64,000 bases of DNA, from the NCBI RefSeq assembly GCF_036971445.1, contig NC_091471.1, forward strand, positions 235,352,001 through 235,416,000, given 5' to 3'. The position numbers and the translations under genes were made by a program. The first letter of the stretch is position 1, and each line of letters opens with the position of its first letter. Under the pieces are notes generated by a model. That model was given only the letters and a program-made list of their open reading frames with translations. It searched no databases and had not been told where the DNA came from. This stretch comes from Narcine bancroftii (lineage: Eukaryota). Shown here in pieces: positions 1-12,500 of the stretch.

Positions 1-720
1 TGGCTTCATTAAAAATCTTTATTCTTACTTTACTATATGTTGTTTATTAAACACTTTATATTTACCCCACCCCTGTCCCTGAATGTGTCTTTTTATTAGT
101 CACAGAAAAAGCTTTTGATAGGGTGGAGTAGGATTATTTATTTGCAATCCCAGAAAAATTTAATTTTAGACCCTATTTTATTAAATGGATTAAATTATAT
201 TTATGTCAAACTGCTTCAATTGTTACTAATTTACAGCAGTCAAAATTTAATCTTCAATGTTGTCCAAATGTCCTTTACCTTATGATTTGGTATTAGTGAA
301 CTTTAACCTTTGCTTGCCCCTGTACCAAGATATCTTAGTATTCCTTGTAAGATTGTGCGGGGTCAAATTTATATCATGGTACTACAATAAACATCTTTTT
401 AAGGGAAACGTGTCTACTTAAACATGTTTCCCTTAACAAGTTGGCCATCTTTTTCTATTTCTACAGTTGGTTGTATTATTAAAATTTTACCTAAATCTTT
501 GTATCTTTTCCAATCTTTACCAAGATTCATTCCTAAATTTCATTGCATTCTTTTATATCTGCCTACATACAGCAAAGAAAATGCCCTCACTTAAATAAAG
601 TCCATCTTTTGAAATCTAAAAGGAATGGTAGTTAGGCGTTTCCTAATTTTAGATTTTATTATTGGGCAGTCAATAAAAAAAATTGTTACCAATTGCATTT
701 CTGTAAATATACTATATTAA
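1..720 (+). mobile_element. Old, decayed L1-clade RT fragment
   Basis: AT-rich; remnants of [12 protein letters not shown] near 105-140 and GG...PNFRFYYWA near 625-670. Confidence 0.6.
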
Positions 721-739
721 TTTTTTTTTTAAAATTAGT

Positions 740-1102
740 GCAAAAGAAAAGCCAGGCAGTGACTTTGGTTCATGGATCATTCTGGAATCTGGTGGCAGTG
801 GGGAAGAAGCCATCCTTGTCCCGCTGATGCTCGTCTTTGGGTTCCTGGACCCTTTCCCCCATGGTAGCAGAGTGAAGAGGGCCTGGCCTGGGGGGTGGGG
901 GCAGTTCTTTGAGGATAGAGGCCACTTTTTGAAGACCCCACCTCATGTTGATGTCCTCAATGGAGTGAAGCCTGGTGTCCGTGATGTCGCAGGCCGAGTG
1001 AACAACTCTCTTTCTTTGAGAGTTTGCGCCTCCATACCAGGCAGTGACGGAACTGGCCAGAATGTAAATTTCCTATGGAAATGTGCAGGAGTCTTTGGTG
1101 AC
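740..1102 (-). mobile_element. Rex1/Babar-type LINE, 3' part
   Basis: Collinear with the 3' part of the copy at 34790-35900. Confidence 0.75.
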
Positions 1103-1422
1103 CAGGAATTCTTTTGCATCGCTGGAAGACGAGAATGTGGAGGTGACACTGGTCCCCAACTATCGCAATTGGAAAACACATGGAGAGCGTACAGCAAGTG
1201 CGAGAATGGAGTGAAAATCCAGGTCAATGGAGGGATGTCATTCTGGTAATGGACCTGGCCATCCATGGATTCTAGACGCTGGATGGTCACGGGTTCAGCT
1301 TGGGCTGACTGCCCGCGCCTTTCCCAAGGTTACCTGAATTCCTGTATATCCCGGGAGAAAGTGCTCAGAGGGTTTCTGGGAATGGAAGGGCCCCTCTAAG
1401 GGCTGGATGATTCATTGACAGA

Positions 1423-2399
1423 ACATTATTCAAGAGGGTGAATCCTCACAAGGTGCCCCTGGCAGGGGATGGAAAATCTGCACCAACCAACTAGCCGGAG
1501 TGTTCACGGACATTTTCAACCTCTCACTGCTGCAGTCAGAGGTTCCTACCTGCTTCAAAAGGGCATCAGTCATCCCGGTGCCCGAGAATAGCAGCATGAG
1601 CTACCTCAACATCGACCACCCAGCAGCATTGACTTCTCCCGTGATGAAATGCTTCGAGAGGCTGGTCGAGGCAAGAATGAACATGTTCCTGAGCCAAGGT
1701 CTGGACCCGCTGCAATTCGCCTATCGACACAATCGCTCCACGGCAGACGCAGTATTGCTTGCTCTCCACTCAGCTCTGGATCACCTCGAAAACAGCAACT
1801 CATACACACGGCTGCTCTTCATCGACTACAGCTCGGCCTTCAACACCATTATTCGCTCAGTGCTGGTCAACAAACTCCAAACCCTGGGCCTCAGTACCCC
1901 CCTCTGCAACTGGATCCTTGACTTCCTCATTGGAGACCTCGGTCAGTACGAATTGGAAACAACGTCTCCTTACTGACGACCAACCCAAGGCTCTGTGCTT
2001 ACCCCACTGCTCTACTCGTTATACACCCACGACTGTGTGGCCGGGAACAATTCCAATGCCGTCTACAAGTTTGCCAACGACACCAAGGTCATCGGCAGAA
2101 TCACAGACGGCAACGAGGAAGGGTACAGGAAGGAGGTGGATCAGCTCGTTGAATGGGGTCACAACAACAACCTTCCTCAATGTCAGCACAACCAAGTAGA
2201 TGATGGTGGACATCAGGAGGGAGTCGGGGAACACGACCCAGTCCTCATCGAGAGCTTAGTAGTGGAGAGGGTCAAGAACTTCAAATTCCTGGGGGTCACC
2301 ATCTCCGAGAATCTGTCCTGGAGCCTCCACGTTGATGCAATCAAAAGGAAGGCTCATCAGTGGCGAGACTTTGTGAAGGGTCTGAGGAGGTTCATGTCA
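1423..2399 (+). mobile_element. Rex1/Babar-type LINE RT fragment
   Basis: FTDIFNLSL..VPTCFK, MKCFERLV, LDPLQFAYR, LLFIDYSSAFNTI, PLLYSLYT, KFANDT, FKFLG. Confidence 0.88.
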
Positions 2400-2742
2400 G
2401 CCTGCAGAGAGATAGTGGTGAGGTGTCCAGGTTATACCACGCCAGAGGCTTCAACCTCTCTCTCCCTTCTCTATCTCTCTCCCTGTCCCTCCCCATCACT
2501 CTCCACGCCCCTCCCCACGTCTCTCTCCTCCCTCTCTCCCAACCCTCCCCTACCCCCTCACCCCACCTCTGCCTTCCCCTCTCCCCCCTCCCTCTTTCTC
2601 CCCTCTCCATCTCTCCTGTCTCCCCCTCTCTCAACCCCTCACCCTTTCTCCCTCCTCCCCCTCTCTCCCCCATTCTCTTTCCCCCATCCCCCCGGAATCG
2701 TGCTGGGAGCGGAGCTGACACAGACTAATGACAAAATCTGGT

Positions 2743-2748
2743 TTTATT
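2743..2748 (-). terminator. LENG1 polyadenylation signal AATAAA
   Basis: TTTATT on plus strand about 185 nt past the LENG1 stop. Confidence 0.65.
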
Positions 2749-2932
2749 GAACATACAGGAGGTAAATCCCAGTTCGTATGCGAGGTCGGGTCTGTCCCTG
2801 AACTCCAACTCCAGGACCGAACACCAACTTCCCTCCCAGAGCCCCCGTCACCAGGACTGAGCCCCAAGTCCGGGTCCGCACTCGTCTCCCTGTCCAAGGG
2901 ACTGAACCCAAACTTCCAGACCCCAGACCCTC

Positions 2933-3574
2933 TCATCGCCGCCTCTTCCTGTGCTGCCGGCTGAGCTCTGGGTGGAACTGTGAGTGGAAAGACACAGCTT
3001 CCCCCTCCCCCTCCAGAGAAGCCTCTGTCCCCCTCACACCCTCCTCCCCACTCAACAAGGCCAGGGCCCGCGACCTCTCTGCAGCCTCCCTCCTCAGCCT
3101 CTCCTGCCGCAGGTCCCATGTCCCCCGGCCCCCCATCCCCTCCCCGTCCTCCCGACCCCTGCTCTCCGCCCCAGACTTCATCCTCTGGCTCTCCCTCCCC
3201 TCTGCCAAACCAACCCCCCTTCTACCCCTCTCCTCTCCTGCTACACACCCCCAACCTCCCCTCTCTGCCCCAGACCCAACCCTAGGACCTTCCCTCTCTT
3301 CCCCTGAGCCGATCCTCTGACCCTCCCTCTCCTCCCTGGACCTGCCCCCCTTTACCTCTCTCAACCCCACCCTCCAACTCCCCTTGCACACCCCCCCTCT
3401 CAGCATCTCCTTCATGGCCACCAGTGGGTCCATCAGCCCCTTGAGGCTGGGTTGGGCCTCCCCCTGCTCCTCCATCCTGGCCGGGGGGCGGGTATACCAA
3501 GGTGGGCGGGTTTGAGCCTCCGCCGAGCTCTGGCCCAGGTATGTGAGGATGCCCAGGGCTTTTTCCCGCCTCTC
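2933..3574 (-). CDS. LENG1: LENG1 terminal coding exon
   Basis: Long pyrimidine tract then ccag|[27 protein letters not shown]...[18 protein letters not shown]. Confidence 0.88.
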   Translation of the reverse strand, partial: ERREKALGILTYLGQSSAEAQTRPPWYTRPPARMEEQGEAQPSLKGLMDPLVAMKEMLRGGVCKGSWRVGLREVKGGRSREEREGQRIGSGEEREGPRVGSGAERGGWGCVAGEERGRRGVGLAEGRESQRMKSGAESRGREDGEGMGGRGTWDLRQERLRREAAERSRALALLSGEEGVRGTEASLEGEGEAVSFHSQFHPELSRQHRKRRR

Positions 3575-6500
3575 CTGGAATGGGGGGGGAGGGGGGGGGG
3601 AGAGGGAGGGAGGGAGGGGGGGGAGAGGGAGGGAGGGGGGGGAGAGGGAGGGAGGGGGGGGGAGAGGGAGGGAGGGGGGGGGAGAGGGAGGGAGGGGGGA
3701 GAGGGAGGGAGGGGGGGAGAGGGAGGGAGGGGGGGAGAGGGAGGGAGGGGGGGGAGAGGGAGGGAGGGGGGGGGAGAGGGAGGAGGGGGGGGGAGAGGGA
3801 GTGGGGGGGAGGGGGGTGGAGCGGTGGAGGGAGAGGGGAGGGAGGAAGTGGGTGAGGGCATTGGAGGGAGAGGTGGAGGGAAGGGAGAGGGAAGAGAGAG
3901 GGAAGGTGTAAATTTGTCTGCAGAGAAAAGTTTGATGATCCACAGCCTGTCCCTCACCCCCTCGTCCCATCCCTCACCCACACTCCCCATCCATTAACGT
4001 CCCTTCCTCACCCCACATCCTCTTTCCCTCTCCCCTCCCTCCAACCCAGATGTTGAGCGTAGCTGTGGAAAAGGATAGAAACGGAGAAAAGGGGATGGTG
4101 TTTAACCGGGGAAGGGCTAATTATGAAAGGATGAGGCAGGAACGAGCGAGAGTCCATGGAAAGAGATGTTCAGGGGTGAAAGCACAGACCTAACGTGGAG
4201 GAAGTTCAGGGATGTCCTGTGCTGGGTTCGGGATAAGTTTGTCCCACAGGGATAGGGAAAATATGCTTGCAAACAGGAACCGTGGCTGACGAAGCAGGCG
4301 AGGCAACTGGTCAAGAGAAAGAAGGAAGCAGGAAACAGGATGGGCCCATGAGAAGTAACCAGGAAGAAGCTTCAGAAAGGATTTTGGAGGGGGCCACGAA
4401 GGAGCCTTGGTGTGTAGGGTGAAGGAGAACCCCAAGGTGTTTGATGGGTACATGAAGGACCGAAGGATGATGAGAATGAAGGTGGGGCCGCTAAAGGAGG
4501 CCACATGTGCCTGGAGGTGGAGGGGTTGGGGAAGTCTGAAACGAACAGCTTGTGCCAGTATTCACAAGGAAAAAGGACCTCGATCAGCATGAGGCTGAAT
4601 TTGAACAGGCCGGTGTCTGGACATGAGGAGATGCAGGAGGATCTGCTTATAAACCTTGAGTTAATGAGTTCCTGAGGCCAGACAAAATTTTCCCCGGGCT
4701 CAGACGCCATCTACCTTGGGCTCGGGCGCCACCTACTCCAGGCTCGGGCACCACCTGCCCTGGGCTTGGGCGCCACCTACCCTAGACTGCTGTGGGAAGA
4801 GATCGCTGGGGCAGTGGTTATGATCTTTGAATCCTCTTTGGCCGCAGGGGAGGTGCCAGAGGGTTGGAGGATGGAAAATGTGGTCCCCTTGTCTGAAGCA
4901 AGTAATAGGAACCCTGGGAATTTTAGATTTTAGACAGTGAGTCAAACGTCAGTGGGGGGGCAGGGAGAAACTATTGGAGAGGATTCAGAAGGACAGGATC
5001 GATGAGCATTTGGAGAAATCCCGACAACTCAAGGATAGTCAGCAGGGCTTTGTGAAGGGAAGTTCGGGCCTCACGAGTCTAATTGAGATTTTTGAGGAGG
5101 TAACAAAAAAAATTGATGAGGGTCGGGCGGTAGATGTGGTCTACGTGGATTTTAGCCAGGATTTGAAAAGATCCCCACGAGAGACCATTCCAGAAAGTCA
5201 TGAGACTCAGGATCAGTGGAACCTTGGCCGTGTGGATAAAATATTGGTTGGCAGGTAAAAAGCAGAAAGTGTACTGAGCTGCAGCGTCTAAGGGACCGAG
5301 TCTGGGAACTTGAGCTGCAGCTTGATGACCTCTCTCTAGTTGGGGAGAATGAGGCTATCGGCAGGTGGTCACAATGGCGACACGGAGGAGGGGCAGTGGG
5401 TTACCGTTAGGAGGAGGAAAGGGAGGGGTCGGGTTTAAGAGAGAGTCCCTGAGTCTGAAATTCTCAGAAATTAGTCCTTCACCTTGAGTACTGGGGAGGG
5501 GGATAGTAAGACTATGGTGGGCAGAGGTGTGGTGTCAACCTCTGTGGCTCAGAAAGGCAGGGATAAGAGGAAAAGGGCAATAGACATAGGGGATTCGATG
5601 GTTAGGAGGACGGAGAGATTTTTGTGGATGCGATAAGGAAAACCGGATGGTGGTTTGCCTCCCTGGTGCCAGGGTCTGGGATATGACTACGTGCATTCGG
5701 AATATCTAAAAGGGGAGGGTTTAGAGTCTGAGGTTGTGGTACACGTTGGTACCAATGATATTGGAAGGAAGGAGGAAGTTATCCTGCAGAATGAATATAG
5801 GGAGTTGGATAGGAAGCTTAGAAAAAGGACCACCAAGGGTGTGATCTCTGGATTGTTTCCTGTGCCACGTGACAGTGAAGAATGGGATCAGTAGTTGGTT
5901 AAACACGTGGCTAAAGGGGTGGAGTAAGAGACAGGGTTTCAAGTTCTTGGACCACTGGGACTTTTTTGGGGGAGATGGGACCTATACCGTAATGACGGAT
6001 TACATCTAAATCCCAGAGGGATCAATATCCTGGTGGGGGCATTTGCTAGGGCTGTTGGGGGGGGGGGGTTTAAATCAGAATGGTTGGGGGAAGGGGTTCA
6101 AGTTAGGCAGGACAGCAGGGAAAGGGTTTGAAGGCAAAGGAATGAGGCATATTTAAATAATTTGAGGGAGGAACAGCAGGAAGTAATAAAAAGATGTTGT
6201 GGTGACAACTGTGAAAATGGTAGAGAGGAGGATATGCAGAAGGTAGGATGGAGGAGATACCTAAGATGTATTTATTTTAATGTGAGGAGCGTAGATAGGA
6301 AGTTGGATGAGCTAATGCTGTGGATTGACGCATGGCAATATGATGTTGTGGCCATTAGTGAGATGTGGTTGAAGGAAGGTTGTGACTGGCAGTTAAATAT
6401 TCCAGGATTTTGCTGCTTTAGATGTGACAGAGTTGGTGAATTAAGAGGGGGAGGTGTGGCGTTACTTGTCAAGGAAGATATTACAGCGGTGCTGAGGCAA

Positions 6501-9500
6501 GATAGACTGGAGGGCTCATCGAGGGTGGGTAGAACTGAAAAATAAGAAGGGTGAGGTTACTATTATAGGGGTATATTATAGGCCCCCAATGGGGAGAGGG
6601 AACTAGATAAGCAAATGTGCAAAGAAATAGGTGAGTTGTACAGGAGAAATAGGGTGGTGTTGGTTGGGGATTTCAATTTTCCAAACATAAATTGGGAAAC
6701 ACAGTCAGTAAAAGGGCAGGATGGCTTAGTATTTATGTACTGTGTTCAGGATTGCTTTTTGCAGCAATATGTTGAGATGCCCACTAGAGGGGGAGCAGTG
6801 TTAGATCTGTTGTTTGTGAATGAAGTATTGCAGGTGACAGCATTGGAGAGAACTTTGGATCCAGTGATCATGGGTACATTAGCTTTAGCTTAATGATGGA
6901 AAAGGATAGGTCAGGTCCGAGGTTGAAGGTATTTGAGTGGGGGAGGGCCAGGTTTGTAGAAATGAGAAGGGATTTGCAGAGAGTTGGAAGTTTGGAGGAG
7001 GTGGGGACAGAGATGAAGGTTGGAAGGGGCAGGGAGGGAGCATAAATTTGGAGGAGGTGGGGCAGAGCTGGAGGTTGGACAAAGTGTGGACAGTGTTTAA
7101 CATTGGAGGAGATGTGGACGGAGCTAAAGGTTGGAGGATTTGTGGATGAAGCTGAAGGTTGCAGGAGGGGTGGATGGAGCTGAATGTTAGGGGAGGTGTG
7201 GATGGAGCTGAAGGTTGGAGGGGTTGTGGATTGAGCTTAAGGTTGGAGGAGGTGTAGACGTAGCTGAACGTTGGAAGAGTTGTGGATGAAGCTGAAGATT
7301 TTCGGAGGAGTGGATGGAACTGAAGGTTGGTGGAGGAGTGGATGGAGCTGAAGGTTGGAGGATATGTGGATGGAGCTGAAGGTTGGAGGAGGTGTGGATG
7401 GAGCTGAAGGTTGGAGGAGGTGTGGATGGAGCTGAAGGTTGGAGGAGGTGGGGATGGAGCTGAAGGTTGGAGGAGGTGTGGACAGAGCTGAAAGTTAGAG
7501 GAGGCGTGGACTGAGCTGAAGGTTGGAGGATGTGTGGACTGAGCTGGAGGTGGTATGGCTGGAGCTGGTTGGAGGAGGTGTCTGAGGAGCTGGGGAGGGA
7601 GCTGAAGGTTTGGAGAGGTAGGGACACAGCTGAAGGTTGGACGAGGTGTGGATGAAGCTGGAGGTTGGAAGAGGTGTGTATGGAGATGAAGTTTGGAGGA
7701 GGTGGATGGAGCTGGTGGTAGGGATGTAGCTGGAGGTTGGTGGAGGTGGGGATGGAGCTGAAGGTTGGAGGAGGTGTCGGAGGAGCTGGGGAAGGAGCTG
7801 AACTTTGAGGGATGTGTGGACGGAATAGAAGGTTGGGGAGGTGTGGGTGGAGCTGAAGGTTTTTTTTTAAATTTTTTATTTTTCACACCATAAATCACAT
7901 TAGCCATGATACACACTTTTTCTTTTTCACACATATACAGTGAATTTTTCTCCCCCCCCCCTCCCTCCTCCCAAGCCACCCCCCCACCCCCCACCCCCCA
8001 CCCCCATCCATTTTAGGTATACAATCTAGATTACATTAAACCAGTCAGACAATGTTGTCATTCAACAAAAATACACCAGAAATTCTACTGAGTCCATTCT
8101 TTTCTTTCCTTCTCCTTCCATCAACTTAGGTAATGATTGTCCCCGGTAGGTTTTCGCTATTGTATTTAATGTAAGGCTTCCATATTTGTTCGAATATTTC
8201 AATATTATTTCTTAAACTATATGTAATTTTTTCTAATGGAATACATTTATTCATTTCTATATACCATTGTTGTATTTTCAGATTATCTTCCAATTTCCAG
8301 GTTGACATAATACATTTTTTTGCTACGGCTAGAGCTATCTTAACAAATCTTTTTTGTGCATCCTCCAAATCAAATCCAAATTCTTTGTTTTTTATGTTAC
8401 TTAGGAGAAAGATCTCTGGATTCTTTGGTATATTGTTTTCTGTTATTTTATTTAATATCTGATTGAGATCTTCCCAAAATTTTTCTACTCTCTCACATGT
8501 CCAGATTGCATGAATTGTTGTTCCCATTTCTTTTTTACATCGAAAACATCTATCAGATACTGTTGGGTCCCATTTATTTAACTTTTGAGGTGTAATATAT
8601 AGTCTGTGTAACCAGTTATATTGTATCATACGTAGCCTCGTATTTATTGTATTTCTCATTGTTCCAGAACATAATTTCTCCCATGTTTCCTTTTTTATCT
8701 TTATATTTAAATCTTGTTCCCATTTTTGTTTAGTTTTACCATTTGTTTCCTCATTCTCCTTTTCTTGCAGTTTAATATACATATTTGTTATAAATCTTTT
8801 GATTAACATTGTATCTGTTATCACATATTCAAGGTTACTTCCCTCTGGCAAACTCAAATTGCTTCCTAATTTATCCTTCAAGTAGGATCTCAGTTGGTAA
8901 TATGCCAGCGCTGTATCTCCAGTTATATTGTACTTATCTCTCATTTGTTCAAAGGATAAGAATCTACTTCCTGAAAAACAATTTTCTATTCTTTTAATCC
9001 CTTTTTTTTCCCATTCTCTAAAGGAAAGGTTATCTATTGTAAAAGGGAGTAACTTATTTTGCGTCAATATTAGTTTTGGTAATTGATAATTTGTTTTATT
9101 TCTTTCTACATGAATCTTCTTCCAAATATTGAGGAGATGATGTAATACTGGAGAAGTTCTATGTTGTACCAATTTTTCATCCCATTTATATAATATGTGT
9201 TCAGGTATCTTTTCCCCTATTTTATCTAATTCTAATCTCGTCCGGTCTGGTTTTTCCCTTGTTTGATAAAAATCTGATAGGTATCTTAATTGTGCGGCTC
9301 TATAATAATTTTTAAAGTTTGGCAATTGTAAGCCTCCTTGTTTATACCATTCTGTTAATTTATCTAGTGCTATCCTCGGTTTCCCCCCTCTCCATAAAAA
9401 TTTCCTTATTATTTTCTTTAACTCTTTGAAGAATTTTTCTGTCAGTTGTATTGGCAATGCCTGAAATAAGTATAATATCCTTGGAAAAATGTTCATTTTA

Positions 9501-12500
9501 ATACAGTTTATCCTTCCTATTAGTGTTAGTGGTAAATCTTTCCAGTGCTCTAAATCGTCCTGTAATTTTTTTCATTAGTGGATAATAATTGAGTTTATAT
9601 AATTGGCCGAGATTTTTGTTTATTTGTACACCTAGGTATCTTATTGCCTGCATTTGCCATCTAAATGGAGATTCCTTCTTAAATTTTGAGAAATCCGCAT
9701 TATTCATAGGCATTGCTTCACTTTTATTTACGTTTATCTTGTAACCCGACACTTCTCCATATTCCTTCAATTTCTTATATAATTCTTTTATTGATAGTTC
9801 TGGTTCTGTTAAGTACACTATAACATCATCCGCAAATAGACTGATTTTATATTCCTTGTCTTTTATTTTTATTCCTTTTATATTATTATCTATTCTTATC
9901 AATTCTGCTAGTGGTTCTATAGCTAACGCAAACAATAAAGGTGATAGTGGGCATCCCTGCCGTGTTGACCTGCTTAAGTTAAATTGCTTTGATACATGTC
10001 CATTTACTGTCACTTTCACTAACGGTCCCTTATATAATGCTTTAATCCAATTAATTTACTTCGGTGGAGCTGAAGGTTGAAGAAAGTAGGGACGGAGCTG
10101 AAGTTTGGAGGAGGTTGGGACGGAGCTATAGGTTAGAAGAAGTGTGGAGGGAGCTGAAGGTTGGAGGAGATGTGGATGGAGCTGGAGGGTCGGTGAGGTG
10201 TGGACTGAGCTAAAGGTTGGAGGAGGTGTGCATGGAGTTTAAGATTGGAGGAGGTGTGGATGGAGCTGAAGGTTTGAGGAGCTATGGATGGAGCTGAAGA
10301 TCTGAGGTGGTGTTGATGGAGCAGAAGGTTAGAGTTGGTGTTGATGGAGTTGAAGGTTGGAGGGTGGGAACGGAGATGTAGGTTTGAGGAGTTGTGCACG
10401 GTGCTGAAGTTTGGAGCAGTTGTGGATGGAGCTGAAGGTTGTATGAGTTGTGGATGAAGCTGAAGGTTGTTGAAGGTGTGGATGGAGCTGAATGTTGGGG
10501 GATTTGTGGATGGAACTGAAGATTGGAGGAGGAGTGGATGGAGCAGAAGGTTGGAGGAGGTGTGGATGGAGCTGAAGGTTGGAGGAGGTGTGGATGGAAC
10601 TGAAGGTTGGAGGTGGTGGGGATAGAGCTGAAGTTTGGAGGAGGTGAGGACAGAGATGAAGGTTGGAAGGGGTAGGGAGGGAGCTGAAAGTTGAAGGAGG
10701 TGGGCATGGAGCTGAAGGTTGGAGGAGTTGTGCATGGAGCTGATGGGTTGGAGGTGTGGATGGAGCTGAAATTTGGTTGAAGTTTGGAGGAGGTGGGGAC
10801 AGAGCTGAAGGTTGAAGGAGGTGTGGATGCTGAGGTTGTTGAAGGTGTGGATTGAGCTGAATGTTGGGGGAGTTGTGGATGGAGCTGAAGGTTGGAGGAG
10901 GTGTGGATTGAGCTGAAGTTTGGAGGAGGTCCGGATAGAGCTGAAGTTTGGAGGAGGTGGGGACAGAGATGAAGGTTGCAAGGGGTAGGGAGGGAGCTTA
11001 AATTTGGAGGAGGTGGGGCGGAGCTGTAGGTTGGACAAAGTGTGGACAGAGCTTAATATTGGAGGTGTGGACGGAGCTGAAGGTTGGAGGATTTGTGGAT
11101 GGAGCTGCAGGTTGGAGGATTTGTGGATGGAGCTGAGGGTTGGAGCATTTGTGGATGGAGCTGAAGGTTGGAGGAGTTGTGGATGGAGCTGAATGTTGGG
11201 GGAGTTGTGGATGGAACTGAAGGTTGGCGGGATTGTGGATTGAGCTCAAGGATGGAGGAGGTGTGGACAGAGCTGAAGGCTGGAGGAGGTGTGGATGGAG
11301 CTGAAGGTTGGAGGAGGTGTGGATGCAGCTGAAGGTTGGAGGAGCTGTGGATGGAGCTGAAGGTTGGAGGAGTTGTGGATGGAGCTGAAGGTTGGAGGAG
11401 TTGTGGATGGAGCTGAAGGTTGGAGGAGTTGTGGATGGAGCTGAAGGTTGGAGGAGTTGTGGATGGAGCTGAAGGTTGGAGGAATTATGGATGGAGCTGA
11501 AATTTGGAGAAGATGTGGATGGAGCTGAAGGTTGTAAGAGGAGGGGATGGAGCTGAATGTTGGGGAGTTGTGGATGGAATTGAAGGTTGAAGGAGGTAAG
11601 GATGGAGGTGAAGGTTGGAGGAGGGTGGGACAGAGCTATATGTTGGTGGACGGAGTTGAAGGTTGGAGGAAGTGTGGATGGATCTTAAGATTGGAGGAGG
11701 TGTGGACGGAGCTGAACGTTGGAGTAGTTGTGCATTAAGGTGAAGGTTGTAGAAGGAGTGAATGGAGCTGAATGTTTGCGGAGTTGTGGATGGAACTGAA
11801 GGTTGGAGGGGTTGTGGATTGAGCTGAAGGTTGAAGGAGGTAAGGACGGAGGTGAAGGTTGGAGGACATTGGGACGGAGCTATATGTTGGTGGAAGTGTG
11901 GAAGGAGCTAAAGGTTGGAGAAGATGTTGACGGAGCTGAACGTTGGAGGAGTTGTGGATGATGCTGAAGGTTGTCGGAGGAGTGGATGGAGCTGAAGGCT
12001 GGAGGAGGATTGGATGGAGCTGAAGGTTGGAGGAGGTGTGGATGGAGCTGAAGGTTGGAGGAGGTGTGGATTGACCTGAAGGTTGGAGGAGGTGGGGACA
12101 AAGCTGAAGTTTGGAGGAGGTGGGGACAGAGCTGAAGGTTGGTAGGAGTAGGGTGGGAGCTTAAATTTGGAGGAGGTGAGGCGGAACTGTAGGTTGGACA
12201 AAGTGTGGTCATTGGAGGAGATGTGGACGGAGCTGAAGGTTGGAGGATTTGTGGATGAAGCTGAAGGCTGGAGGAGTTGTGGATTGAACTGAAGTTTGGA
12301 GGGGTTGTGGATTGAGTTGAATGTTGAAGGAGGTAAGGACGGAGGTGAAGGTTGCTGAAGGTTGGAGGAGGTGTGGATGGAGCTTAAGGTTGGAGGTGTG
12401 TACGGAGCTGAACGTTGGAGGAGTTGTGGATTAAGCTGAAAGTTGTAGGAGGAGTGGATGAAGATTGGGGAGGTGTGGAGGGAGGTGAAGGTTGGAGGTG

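Noticed and set aside
1103-1422. Possible exon of an unknown gene
   Set aside because: No recognisable protein similarity or convincing splice-site pair; left unassigned.
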